From positions 4,588,001 through 4,652,000 of the forward strand of contig OX597820.1 of the NCBI GenBank assembly GCA_951406725.2: a stretch of 64,000 bases of DNA, in the 5' to 3' direction. The position numbers and the translations under genes are program-made. Within the stretch, counting starts at the first letter, position 1. Every line of letters starts with the position of its first letter. Under the pieces are notes generated by a model. It saw only the letters and a list, made by a program, of their open reading frames with translations, was not told where the DNA came from and searched no databases. Positions 1 to 12,490 of this stretch are shown piece after piece. This stretch comes from Octopus vulgaris (taxonomy: Eukaryota).

Positions 1-7
1 ATATGGA

Positions 8-61
<54 letters not shown>

Positions 62-373
62 TATGGCACATGTGTACCTAGGCCTTAATAGTATTTCACA
101 TTTTGTGAATGAGCATGTGGAGGAATAAATTTAGAAACAGAAACAGATTCTTCTTGGTGCCTTATTTTGGGTAGAAATGGATGTCATGTTTGAAGAAATA
201 TAAAACAAAATATAGACATGCATGTACTTCCTCATATGTAGGTGTGTGTGTGTGTATGTATATATATATATATATATATATAAATAAAATATATGAATAC
301 ATACAAACATATATGTACGTACCTACATCTACATGTATATATATACATGCATATATAAATATATATACGTGTG

Positions 374-590
374 TACAGGACACCACAAATAGACGTAGAA
401 CTCAATGAGAAACGAAAAAGTAAAAACAAGCATGGAACGGACCATTTTTTTAACAACGAAAAAACAGAGTACAAGACATACAACACAAGGCAAAATCCCC
501 TTCGTCAGCCGTCCCTGGTTCAACTCCAGCGTGTTTTATGTAAACGCACACGGCATTTATATTGCTAAAACATAAAGTGGTGTGTATAAG
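374..590 (-). mobile_element. Penelope-like terminal-repeat fragment (family shared with 22908-23060)
   Basis: Similar to 22908-23060. Both sit next to TA-rich microsatellite and carry CTGA(C/T)GA-AGGG on the minus strand. The Penelope assignment is inference. Confidence 0.4.
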
Positions 591-649
591 TTTGTGTGTC
601 TATGTCTCTAATTTACACTTGCTCCCTGATATTTTTACGCATCCACCTA

Positions 650-1091
650 TCATCATCATCATTGTTTAACGTCCGCTTTCCATGCTGGTATAGGTTGGAT
701 GGTTTGACTGAGGTCTGGAGAGCCAGGAGGCTGCACCAAGCTCCAGTCTGATCTGGCAGTATTTCTACGGCTGGATGCCCTTCCTAACGCCAACCACTCC
801 GTGAGTGTAGTGGGTGCTTTTTACGTGCCACCCGCACAGGTGCCAGATGGAGCTGGCAAACGGCCACAGACGGATGGTGCATTTATGTGCCACCGGCACG
901 GGGGCCAGGTGAGGCTGGCAACGGCCACGAACGGATGGTGCTACGTGCCACCGGCACGGGGGCCGGACGATGTTGGCAATGGCCACGAACGGATGGTGCT
1001 ACATTCCACCGGCACGGGGGCCAGGCGAGGCTGGCAACGGCCACGTACAGATGGTGCTTTTTACGTGCCTTTTACGTGCACGTAAAAAGCA

Positions 1092-1095
<4 letters not shown>
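650..1095 (-). mobile_element. Family C: 5'-truncated RTE-type LINE 3' region with internal ~60-bp tandem units
   Basis: (CAT)n tail, TTTAACGTCCGCTTTCCATGCT, GGATGCCCTTCCTAACGCCAACC, and about 4-5 units of GTGCTTTTACGTGCCACCGGCAC. Many copies occur in the window. Confidence 0.8.
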
Positions 1096-1126
<31 letters not shown>

Positions 1127-2049
1127 TATAAAATGTATATACTTGTATTAGAAAAGGCTATTCTGGTGAGGAAACCATGCCAAAGAGGACGTAGGAGCAC
1201 AATGCAATCCTTGGACTGACCGGATTCCTTTGAATCCTCCTCCAGTTCATGCCAGTATGGAACCAGGATGGTAAATGATGACAATGACGCTTGCATGCGT
1301 ACACACTTTCACGCATAGAATGCTTGCATCATTTGGATGGAATTTGCTGAGGCAGGTTTTCTTCTGAACTACATGTCCATGCCTACACACACACGCACAC
1401 ACACATACACTCTCACACACAGTAATCTGTATACACATATATGTGTTGTTTACTTTTATTGTGGGTTATTAAACTACAGGTAAAATTTTAAGAATTAAAA
1501 TGTAAAAGCAAACTGAATTCTGTGTAACAAGGAGGATAAACGATGTGTTTGAAATGTTCAGGTTATGCAGAATTGCTATAAACCTTTGTCAACAGAATAG
1601 CTCAACCTTAATGCTGTATTGCCTGGGCAACGCCGGGTATCTAATGCGTGTGTATACCTATAAATATATACTTACATATATTCATACATATACATATGTG
1701 TGTGTACACATACAAACATGCATGTGTTTGTATGTGATTGTGTATATATATATATATACACGCACATATATATAATACATATTCACTCATGCATACATGC
1801 ATGTATGTGTATATATACATATATGTGTGTATGTATATATATGCAAATGCATGTGTGTGTGCACATGCATATATGTGTGTGGAGAAGCCTAGGGCTGAAT
1901 TGAGAGAAATGCAGGAAATCTGAGCCGGGTCCTCAGGTGAGAATTCCTCACAGGAACCCATCTCTGTGATAATAATGACTGATGATAACTTTGATAATTT
2001 GCAATTGGTGAAACCCGATGCTGCTGCCTTTGTTGTTTTATCGCTGCAG

Positions 2050-2102
2050 TGGTGTGCAACAAGAACAGTAGCAGCGCTGTACAGCTGTACTATGTTCTGT
2101 AG
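2050..2102 (+). CDS. Candidate short terminal exon (phase 1: xVCNKNSSSAVQLYYVL*)
   Basis: Acceptor CTTTGTTGTTTTATCGCTGCAG in unique sequence. No homology support. Confidence 0.2.
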
Positions 2103-2208
2103 AAATACCTGCATTTCCAAATTTAGGTGAAATTCAATAAGGAATAATTCTTGTTGTTTTTCTGCCATGAAGCTCTTAATAATTGTTTATTTTCTTTCTC
2201 TTTCATAG

Positions 2209-2250
2209 GTAAGTTAATGTCTTTTGTTATCGAAGAGAATGGAGAGAATG
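2209..2250 (+). CDS. Candidate 42-nt symmetric phase-1 exon (xKLMSFVIEENGENx) of an unidentified gene
   Basis: Strong acceptor TTTTCTTTCTCTTTCATAG and consensus donor G|GTAAGT at 2251. Only the phase-1 frame is open. Confidence 0.45.
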
Positions 2251-2413
2251 GTAAGTGCTGATTCTTCCCTTTGATGTTTGAACATTAAGGAATGCCTCAG
2301 ATAATGGCCTCTCTATATTTCCTCTAAGCCCTCTGGTCTGTCATCACATCCACCAGAAAATGGTAAACTAGAAGCTAGCAGACATTGTGTTGTTTCTTCT
2401 CTTTTAAATTTTC

Positions 2414-2454
<41 letters not shown>

Positions 2455-3298
2455 GCAAATATATACAGAACCTTTATTTAGAGTAGGATGCTATCAGTTT
2501 TGAGGGGAGGGGTTAGTTGATGCCATTGACCCCAGCACCTGAACAGTATTGTATTTCATCAACCCCAGAAGAATGAGGCGCAAAGTTGACCTGAGTAGGA
2601 TTTTGTAAAGAGCCAGAAGAAATAGCACAAGGCATTTTTTTTAATGCTCAACCGACTCTCCATCCTGGTCAGGGTTGGCCAAAACTCCTGCAAGTTGCAC
2701 CCTGATCCCCTTCCTAATGGCAACCATTTCTTGCTTCTCAGGTGTATTTTATGTCTTTGCATTTTGGTGGGTGTCTGCGTTGCTGGCCTTTCAGTTTGTG
2801 GTGAGCTTAACAACATGCCCACCACTATCGATGAAGTGCTGATACAAAAACAGACAGAAGCAAACATTATATCAGGCTGGGTGTGGGGAGTAATCAGGGT
2901 GGAGCTGGAAAGATGGTGGTGAAGAGGTGGCTGGGTGGACCCCTAAGGACAGAAGAACAAAGGAAAGTGGGTGAGTATAGGTTGCGAGAAAGAAAGAGTG
3001 AGTGAGGTGTGTTTAGGCATGGAGTAGAGGTGGGAGTGAATATACTGAATGATGAACAACAGTTGGGGAATGTGGGGGGGGGGGGTCAGTGATAATTATG
3101 AGTGGGTTGGAAGGTAGAGAAGAGTAGGCGTTGACTGGCAGTAAAGGAGGGGGTGAAGAACAGAATAATAATAATAATGATATATATTAGTGACGGAGAC
3201 AGAGTAGTAATACTGAAAGGTAATATTTAGCCTCACTTAATCATGGATGCTCTGTTAGAACAAACTATACTGTGGTAAATATTATGAGAGAAACTCTC

Positions 3299-3330
<32 letters not shown>

Positions 3331-3332
<2 letters not shown>

Positions 3333-3821
3333 TGGTATAAAAGATGGGCTACAGCAAATATTCTGCTCAATACCACAGATTTGCTTGTCAGTTGTGTGAC
3401 CTTAACCAGTTGAGCATGTCCCTTAGTGGCTGACGATATGTGCATCTCTTATCACGAGCAGAAGTAGTGGGGGAGCATCATAGCCATGTGTTGAGAGGGA
3501 ATTCTTTGGGGTTTGAATAGTTCACCTCTGGAAACATGGGTGGTTCTTTCAACATCCTTAAACAACCCTTATTCAGGGACCTTTTGAGCGGGATGGGCTA
3601 CTCAATCTGAAGAAAATTCTAATTGGGCCCCACCTGCAAGGTCATGTACTGTTTATCTTGGTATGAGATCACCATGTCGCGCACATATGGTTGTGATGCA
3701 TGTGCCTAGTGTACCCTTATCAGACGGGTAGTCATGATGGGTATATTGGGCTTCGTATATTTTACCCCAGTGTCACTTTGATGGCATGAACTGCTCTCTC
3801 ACTCAATGATAATAATAATAA
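3331..3821 (+). mobile_element. Family D: non-coding retroposed element embedded in (AAT)n
   Basis: Flanked by (AAT)n on both sides. A reverse-complement partial copy at 32853-33135 ends at the same CTCTCTCACTCAAT(AAT)n end. Confidence 0.7.
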
Positions 3822-4459
3822 TACAGTAGGTAGGTAAAGGATGAGAGAAAGGGAGATGATGTGTGAGAGGGTAGGTTGCAAGTGTGAGTGGAGAGACATA
3901 GTGTGTGGGGAGAATGAGAGATGTATGGTGTTAGGGACAAGTGAACATGAAATGGTTCAGTGAAGGAGACAGAGAGGTAATTTTGACAGCATTGAAGGGT
4001 GGAGTGATCAATGTAAAATGTGAGTGAAGAGTGACAGCCTTAAAAATTAAGAATAGATGTCAAGGGAAATGGTTGCAGTGAGGAAGATGACTAGTATCAC
4101 TGAAGAGATTATAAAATATGTCGTTGTACCTGCATTTAATTACAGCAATTGATGATGAATTAATTACAGAGATCGATGATAAAGAGATGATAGGATGGAG
4201 GAGAAGGCTTGACAAGGAAATTGGGTGAGGGCCCAAGTTGTGTAAACACACATTGACCTTCCAGAAACTCAGTTGTGTTAGCAGCACATATTGCCAGGCA
4301 TCCTGGTCCTTCGTCTTCTCCTTCAAGATTTAGCGTCTTGAGATCAGAATTCACTGCTTTGTTCTACATCTGGCTGGACACTGTTTCTTCCCCTTCCCTC
4401 TCTCCTCTTCTTTGCTCTGACTCTAGCAAATACAACAACAACACAATCTTATGGGAAAG

Positions 4460-4730
4460 CTTCTAGAAATAGTAGCTGCATTTCTCTCATATTGTCAGAA
4501 ATGACACAGGATGGTCATGGCCAGACAATGTTCGGTGAAGACTGATGTGAGGTTAGGCAATTACAACAATAATAGGTCAGTGGATGTGCTAGAAATAGCT
4601 GTCAAAAATGCCTTAAATTCCATCCCACTGTCATTGGACAACATAGATACATGATAACTGTATAACAGTTGGGGTGGTCATGGCTGAACTGTTGTTTAAT
4701 CACGGTTAACCTGAGGCTAAACAACACAAT
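4460..4730 (+). repeat. Family F degenerate interspersed repeat, two tandem partial copies
   Basis: CTAGAAATAGC...GATGGTCATGGCTG...GGCTAAACAAC pattern. Other copies lie near 15655, 19215, 29010, 30110, 37760, 43970 and 47335. Confidence 0.6.
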
Positions 4731-4859
4731 TACACCAGGAATATCATCATCATCATCATCATCACCGTCATCGTCATCACCACTGTGTCGTCATCATCAT
4801 CATCATCGTCATCATCACCACTGTGTCGTTGTCATCACCACCACCGTCGTCATCATCAG

Positions 4860-4891
4860 GTGAAGCTGCAGCGACGCAAAGTTCCCGATGA
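4860..4891 (+). CDS. Candidate terminal exon (phase 1: GEAAATQSSR*; phase 0 alternative VKLQRRKVPDELVDETSFR* to 4919)
   Basis: CAG acceptor at the end of a (CAT)n tract, followed by CpG-rich unique sequence. Phase-compatible with the 2209-2250 exon. Confidence 0.3.
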
Positions 4892-5435
4892 ACTCGTCGA
4901 CGAAACCTCGTTTCGTTAAGGTCGCATATTTTTTAATTTGACTGTGAACGAGAATTATTTTAGTTTTCGGAGTGAACCTGATTTCGTTGTGGCCGACTAA
5001 ATATTTACGTAGCCGCAGGGTTTGTTCATCCTAGTTTAGTCACTGAACTTTCTCTTCCTAACTTCACTTATTTTGATAAATACTAAACTAATTCTTTGAT
5101 AAAACAGAAGGTTGTGGAAAATTAGTCTGAGAGAGACAAACACCCCTCCCCTCCCCCCCACCGCCTGCCTCCGCCAACTTCACAACAGATGTACAGCACT
5201 GCACACTTTGCTGTTGTTGGTGTTGGTGTTGTTGTTGCCGGTGGTGGTGGTGGTGGTGGTGGTGGTGGTGGGTGGCGGTGTTTGTTGTGTATTATTTTAT
5301 ATCAAACAATAACTTTGTTTTTAATGTCACACCCATTACAGATGGGAGGGTCACCTATGGAACCTCCACCACTCGTGTTTGAACAAATTCGTATTTTTTT
5401 TCCTTTCTGGAGTGACTTTAGCATTAATTAAACTC

Positions 5436-5480
<45 letters not shown>

Positions 5481-5724
5481 CAGACAAGATGTATGCGTGT
5501 ATGGGGAAATATGTGTGTGTGAGAGTGATAGAGAGATTCTGTATGTGTGTGTGTGTGTGTGAGTGAAGAGACAAAGACACCATGTGTGTGTGAGTGAGAA
5601 AGGAGAGAGAGAGAGAGACTATAAGTATGCGTGTGTGGTACTATGTGTTGGAGGGGGTTGGAGTGATGGTTGTGTGTGTAAGACTATGTGTAGCTCAGTG
5701 TGCGTGTTATCCAAACACATGCGT

Positions 5725-6012
5725 AGATGCAGCGTGGATGAAAGGTTTGCGTTGCATTTGCGAGGTCTTGAGTTCAATCTCACCATGAGCTATCTCGGGT
5801 GATTCCCACGCATCACAGCCTCCTCAGGTTGATCCAAGTCTCATGAACAAAGTTAGGGAGACAGAAACTGTACTGAATCCTGGCAGGTAGATTTTTACCT
5901 GTAATTCTAAAGATCCAACCTCATCGCTGGGGACATCTTTCCGTGGAGTACTCAGCCACATGAACCATAACAAAGCTATGAAGTAGTTTCTATTGATGAA
6001 ACAAATATCCAT
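5725..6012 (+). mobile_element. Family H degenerate tRNA-derived SINE
   Basis: B-box-like GAGTTCAATCTC and GTGGAGTACTCAGCCAC motif. The motif recurs at 27755 (+) and 46240 (-). Confidence 0.5.
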
Positions 6013-6066
6013 TGTTAAACATTGTCACCCTTTAACGTCTGTTTTCCATGCTGGCATGGGTTAGAT

Positions 6067-6405
6067 CAGGGGTTCTCAAACTTTTTGGGCCACTGCCCCA
6101 CCCTCATGACCACATAATACCCCCAGCGCCCCACCCCTATTTTTATTTATAAGTAAATATTCCATATTTTACTAAGTTATATATCCCATGAATCACTTGA
6201 TATTGAATATAATATTATATAATTTGTATACAATACTATAATACTATTATAATAAATTCATAGCGCCCCCCCCCCCCAATCTATTGCCTTCCTCCCAACG
6301 CTTCCTTTTTCTCTACGCCCCCCACTGCCCCCTTAGGCACCAGTGCCCACCTGGACTGTCTCAATGCCTACTGGAGGGCAGTAGCACCCACTTTGAGAAC
6401 CTATG
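6067..6405. mobile_element. hAT-type MITE inserted in a family C copy
   Basis: TIRs CAGGGGTTCTCAAA / TTTGAGAACCTATG. 8-bp TSD GGTTAGAT / GGTTTGAT. Family C sequence resumes on both sides. Confidence 0.8.
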
Positions 6406-7093
6406 GGTTTGATGGTTCAGCAGGAGCTGGCAAGGCTGGAGAGGTGCACCAGCTTCGTTTGTCTGTTTTGGTTTCCATGGCTGGATGCTCTTCCTAACAG
6501 CAAACCACTTTACAGAGAAGATTTGATAACTTTTGGGTTAATCCATTGATTGTTTAATTCTGTTGTTGGTTTCAATCATTGGACTGTGACCAAGCTGGAG
6601 CACCAGTCTCAAGGGTCCGAACAGATTAAATCAACCCCCAGATACTTATTTTATAACTGACCCTGAGAGGTTTGAAAGTCAAACCTCTCAGAAGCAGTAG
6701 GATTTGAAATCACAACTTGTGTCGTAATCAGATTGTGCAGAGGTTTTATCTGGTGTACAACCAGTTCTGTCACACACCAGCTCATATTTAATTTCCAATT
6801 GTGACCATCCAGTCTTTGTTAGGGACCATGTTCTATTTGTTTTCTAACTGCAGACAGTCATGTGCTCTGATGTAGGATTCAATACATGGGTCACTCTAAA
6901 GATCTGGCAGACTTAATCCAAAATGTCCAGTGTTGTTTGCAGTCTCTTAATTAGACCTTGTTTCATATGTTCTGAGTGATATAAAGGTTTCCTTTCGCAA
7001 GCCCCAAATTATTCTCGGGCTTGAAAAATGATAGCTACGTGTATCATATAGGATGCCTGGGAAATATTTCCTGTGTATCACATGGAATGCATA

Positions 7094-7287
7094 CATCATT
7101 ATCATCATCATCATCACACATCCATTTTCCATGCTGGCATGGGTTGGATGGTTTGACTGAGGTCTGGAGAGCCAGTGGCTGCACCAGGCTCCAGTCCGAT
7201 CTGGCAGTGTTTCTACAGCTCGATGCCCTTCCTAATGCCAACCACTCCGATGGTGTAGTGGGTGCTTTTTACGTGCCACCGGCACAG
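7094..7287 (-). mobile_element. Family C copy
   Basis: Same tail and GGATGCCCTTCCTAATGCCAACC core as 650-1095. Confidence 0.8.
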
Positions 7288-8427
7288 TATACAGTCAAAG
7301 AGTTAATGTTATTGGTCATGAAACTCTGCTACAGGCCTTCATTCTCTCCCTCTCCCCACTTACCTACTCCATCTCTCATCCTTCATCTTAACTCTCCCCT
7401 CCTTTATAACCTCGTCATATTTTATGTCCACATGTGGCTATAATAACCATTCTTTGGCTCTCACAGACTCTGGATTACTTTTCTTTCTTTAATAAAATGA
7501 CTTTCACCAGCAGAAAGTTTCAGGAGAACTATCACAATTGAATTTATCTTTGTTTAATCTGACTCTTATTGTTTTCTTTTACCTCACACACACACACACA
7601 AACTCGTATATGTCTGCTTGTTGACATAATAATATCTGTACCTCTGTTACCATTAAACAGCTCCAGCTTATTTCTCTCTAATATTGCCAGATTTCAACAA
7701 ATGGTTTCACTTATTTCTGTTGTCAATGTTCGTTTGGGACCTATAGGTCATGCTGTCACACATACAACTTTACTTTGTCCTTTTGTTGTTTCAGGTTAAC
7801 ATTTTTTATTTTTTCCCCCTTTTTCCTAAATATCACTGTTCTGACTTGATTAAATCTTTGTTATCTTCAATCTCGGTGAAAAAAAAAAGAAAATCTCTCA
7901 ATTGTATGGAATGATATGGCAAGAAAGAAATTTGTTAAATCAGTTGACATATGTGGAGATGTTGTGGGGAAAACTGAGACTTTGGTGGCGCTTGTTTTTC
8001 TTACTTGTCTCCTCCCATCTGTAACCTTTGGGAAGCTTTTCACCGAAACCTTTCTGGCCCCCAACACAACATCCTTGTTTACAATTGTTATTCATTAACT
8101 CCACACCATATTACATTTCCTCCTTTGTCAAATGTGTTGGGAAATTACAAGCAAGGCTGAATTTAGTGTAGGAAATTTCACATCTAGATAATAAACACGG
8201 AGTTGAAGTAGATGGAATTTCTGTGAAGGAACATGACTAAAAAGGTTACTATGCCTTAGATGAAAGGAACAAACCAGGAACTGGGTTACAGTTCAAAGAT
8301 GGATGTTATAATTCTTAAAGACAGATACCAAGTTTTTACAGTATTTCTCTGTTACCCACATTTCACAGACATTTCAGATTTCTTTATTAAAGTAAAAACA
8401 TACAAAGTTTCTTTGAAACATCATGTA

Positions 8428-8590
8428 TGCACAGCTGTGGCAGTGTGCTAAGAAGTTTTCTTCAACTTCATAGTTCCAGGTTCAGTCTCATTCCATGGCG
8501 CCTTGGGCAAGGGTCTTCTACTACAGCCTAGGAGAGACTTAAGTCTTGTGAGTGAATTTGGTGGATGGGAACTGAAAGAAGTCCATCGTC
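8428..8590 (+). mobile_element. Family A SINE, 5' part
   Basis: GGTTCAGTCTC B-box and CCTTGGGCAAG CORE-like segment. Confidence 0.7.
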
Positions 8591-8713
8591 AAATAAATAT
8601 ATATATATATATATATATACACATACACAGTAATTCTTTGACTATGTTGGGTGTTATGTTCCAAAACTCCCTGCAACAGGTGAAAATCTGTGAAGTAGAA
8701 ACAGTACCGTACA

Positions 8714-9110
8714 TTTTATTCTTTTATTCTTTTACTTGTTTCAGTCATTTGACTGTGGCCATGTTGGAGCACCGCCTTTAGTCGAGCAAAATGACCCCAG
8801 GACTTATTCTTTATAAGCCTAGTACTTATTATATTGGTCTCTTTTGCCATACCACTAAGTTACGGGGACATAAACACACCAGCATTGGTTGTTAAGTGAT
8901 GGTGGTGGTGGGGGACAAACACTGACACACACACACATACATATATACGATGGGCTTCTTTCAGTTTCCATCTACCAAATCCACTTACAAGGCTTTGGTT
9001 GGCCTGAGGCTATAGCAGAAGACACTTGCCCAAGGTGCCATGCAGTGGGACTGAACCCAGAATCATGTGGTTGATAAGCAAGTTACTTACCACACACCCA
9101 CTCCTGCGCC
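8714..9110 (-). mobile_element. Family A tRNA-derived CORE-like SINE, full length (resembles octopus OR-type SINEs)
   Basis: Minus strand reads GGCGCAGGAGTGG head, B-box GGTTCAGTCCC, CCTTGGGCAAGTGTCTT, an internal (TG/TA) tract and a (TAAAAGA)n tail. Confidence 0.85.
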
Positions 9111-9232
9111 TGCTATTTATTTTTTAATTTTAAAACTTTTGAAAACAAGACATTTGTACTCAGAGCCAGAAGCAGTTTCAGCTGGGTTGGTATCAAAAGG
9201 GTTAAGAATTGTTTCTCTATTACATATTTTAA

Positions 9233-9450
9233 CCCTTTTTTTACCATATTTCTGTTAAGATGCTCTGTGTTTCTTTCAATTAATTTTAAATATAACAAAA
9301 GAATTTAGTAAAATAACTTAGTTATCATTAAAGCTATGAACATAAATTGTGACTAAGATTTGGTGGAAGATTTTAATTCAAAACTTATGAAAACAAGACA
9401 TTTGTACTGCAGAGCCAGAGGTGGTTTCAGCCAGGTTGGTATCAAAAGGG
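9233..9450. mobile_element. piggyBac-type MITE, with a truncated second copy at ~9120-9205
   Basis: TTAA on both sides (9229-9232, 9451-9454). TIRs CCCTTTTTTTACCA / TGGTATCAAAAGGG. Confidence 0.7.
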
Positions 9451-10486
9451 TTAAGGGATTAGGAAGGGCATCCAGCTGTAGAAACCATGTCAAAGCAGAA
9501 ACTGGAACACGAAACCATTCACTCCAGTATGTAATACAGATATTAGATGATGACGATGATGATGATACTTCTCTGTAAATGTAAATATTTGGTACTGTCA
9601 ATGGAATTTGAACTTGTGTATGATTTACTCCCAGAATGTAATGATTGTGATGTAATTACTGGCTTCCTTCATTTACCATTAATTTGGTGCTGTTTTAATT
9701 CTCTGATCACACTTTCATTTTCGGCCTTATGGTAGAATGAGAATGCTTACTATACAAACTGACGGAGACCCCGGAGTGAGTGAGTGGAGTAGAAGAGTGT
9801 GTGTAACAGTCTAACAATCTCTGTTATAATTTGTTTAGTAAGATGGAATAGAAAATGGTAAAGACGTCAGAGATTCAAGATTAAAATAGAATCTTGTTTG
9901 ACGTTCTTGATTGCTGTTGGCCAAACTTTAGAGAATTTCCTGATAAAAATGAACAAATTAATTGTATCTTTTCTTCAGTTGGGAAATCTTTGAGAAATTA
10001 CTTTGGTATATTTTTTCATTTTCAGATCTTAAATTAACTTTTGACGTTTATATTCTTCGCAGTTTTACCATCTGGTTTGGTTCAGTGAGTTCAGCTGCCA
10101 GGCAGCAGTTCCTGGTTTCTTTCTCTCTCCTCTGGGAACAACACTCTGTCAAGTACCAAATGTTGTTATTGTGTAAGAGATCTCTGTTAATCTTAACACA
10201 AAATGTGAATGGAACTAAATCCTGCTCAAACTGTTTTACAATAATCCTTCCTATCTGTGACGGAAGATTCCTTACCAATGTTAGAATAAACAAATTTACA
10301 ATGTCATTCTGAAAAGAAAAGGAAAAAAGAGGAATGGTTTGATTCAGCCGGTTCCTGCTTTATTTCTTTAGTTGTCTTGAAAAGAGAAGAATTATTAAGA
10401 TTTTGGTTTCCTTTTTTTTATATTTTTTTATGTCTGTCCTTGTGTGTGATTTTTGGCATCGACATTAACCCCTTCACTTGATCATA

Positions 10487-10840
10487 ACATCATCATCATC
10501 GTCATTTAACGTCCGCTTTCCATGCTGGCATGGGTTGGACGATTTGACTGAGGTCTGGCGAACCGGACTCCAATCTGATCTGGCAGAGTTTCAACAGCTG
10601 GATGCCCTTCCTAACGCCAACCACTCTGAGAGTGTAGTGGATGCTTTTATGTGCCACCAGCATGAGGGCCAGTCAGATGGTATGGCAATGGCTATGCTCA
10701 AATGGTGTTTTTTACGTGTCACCCGAACACAAGCCAGTCCAGCGGCACTGGCAACAACCTCACTCGAATGTTTTTTCACGTGCCACAGGCACAAGTGCCA
10801 GTAAGGCGACACTGGTAATGATCATGCTTGAATGGTGCTT
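10487..10840 (-). mobile_element. Family C copy with diverged tandem units
   Basis: (CAT)n tail, core motif and repeated CGTGCCAC units. Confidence 0.8.
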
Positions 10841-11646
10841 GGTGTATCGCAGGTTATTATTTAAGTTTGCGTCAATCCTTCCATGGCGTTGTTTTGCATT
10901 TATAATAAAATAAATATAAAGAAATTATGAAAATGATTTTTAAAAAATAAACAGTAGGCACAGGAATGGCTTCCCAACCACATGGTTCTGGGTTCAGTCC
11001 CACTGTGTGGCACTTTGGGCAAGTGTCTTCTACTATAGCCTCAGGCCGACCAATGTTTCACTCGAATGTTTCCCGTGCCACCAGCACAAGTGCCAGTAAG
11101 GCAACCTGTAGATAAACATGCCCCATCCCTCTCCTTAGCTAACGGTGGCTGCTACTAATCTTTTACAGGAAAATACAAACTAAAAAAAAAAACAAACAGC
11201 CAAAATCTTTGACTATTTTGAGAAAAGAATTAATTTTGGTGAATTTTTTTTTAATCTTTTCTTCCTTGTCCTTCCTTCTCGATGAAGTGAGAGTCACATT
11301 TGCTGGACCCAGTGAGCAGGGAGAGGCCAGTTTTAAAGGTATACCTGCGTTGTTTCCCAATAAAACTGTACCTGACTAAAAAACATTTAAATGTTCTGGG
11401 GTTGATTAGTTCTACTAAATTTCTTCAAAGTAGTGCCCCAGGATGGCTGCAGTCTAATGACTGCAACAAGTAAAAGATGACCGATACCCAAAGCTTCTGT
11501 GGTTTTATTTAGCAACCTTTGACCGTATTTTATTGAGCACCCCCTCCTACTCCTCCTCCCTCCTTCACCTCTGTTGATCTTTGATGTGTTGAAGTTCAAG
11601 GCAGGCAAAATGTTTTTTTTTTAATTCTATAATTTAGTTCATGAAC

Positions 11647-11747
11647 TGACCCCTTTACAAATGTATTGTCCTCTTTACAAATGGACTGTCTCCTTTACAA
11701 GTGGACTGTCCCCTTTACAAGTGGACTGTCTCCTTTGCAAGTGGACT
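11647..11747. repeat. 20-bp minisatellite (CTTTACAAGTGGACTGTCYC), ~5 copies
   Basis: Direct inspection. Confidence 0.85.
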
Positions 11748-12129
11748 CTGCCCCTCCATCCTTAGAACTGCTGGAACAAAGGAGTCCCCATTCGACCCCC
11801 CCCCCGTTTCTTCATCTGTACTTGTTATATAACAACACTGGTTGTATTTGCTAAATCTACATACATGTTATTGTTTCTACTGACTGATGTATATATGATA
11901 TTGCTGGAATTACGTATGCGTATGTACAACATATACACACACACACACACACATATATAAAAGAGAGAAAGAGAGTGAGAGAGAAGAGCCATGTGGCTGC
12001 CATATTGCCACAGCTGCCATTTCCAACTTCATCACTTGTTTCCACTTAACCCATCCATTTTGCTTTTTCTTTGCCTTCTTCCTAACCCTGCACTGTTTGT
12101 CTATCTAGGTTTAGTTCTCTACCTGTCCT

Positions 12130-12131
12130 CT

Positions 12132-12162
<31 letters not shown>

Positions 12163-12369
12163 GCTTCTCTCTCTCTCTGCTTCTATCTCTCTCTCTGCTT
12201 CTCTCTCTCTTTCTGCTTCTATCTCTCTCTCTCTCTTCCTGCTTCTATTTCTCTCTCTGCTTCTCTCTCTCTCTCTTCCTGCTTCTATTTCTCTCTCTGC
12301 TTCTCTCTCTCTCTCTCTGTGCTTCTCTCTCTCTCTGTTTATCTCTCTCTCTGCTTCTATCTCTCTCTG

Positions 12370-12403
<34 letters not shown>

Positions 12404-12490
12404 TCTGCTTCTATCTCTCTCTGCTTCTCTCTCTCTCTCTCTCTCTCTCTTCCTGCTTCTATCTCTCTCTCTGCTTCTCTCTCTCTCTTG
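12130..12490. repeat. Compound (CT)n / CTGCTTCTAT pyrimidine tract
   Basis: Direct inspection. It explains the ER/LS-rich ORFs. Confidence 0.95.

Noticed and set aside
1620-1645. Helitron 3' hairpin CCTGGGCAACGCCGGG
   Set aside because: The terminal CTAG is degenerate and no 5' end could be located.
4896-4908. GTCGACGAAACCT resembles the 3' part of miR-981/miR-76
   Set aside because: The seed is absent and there is no proper precursor hairpin.
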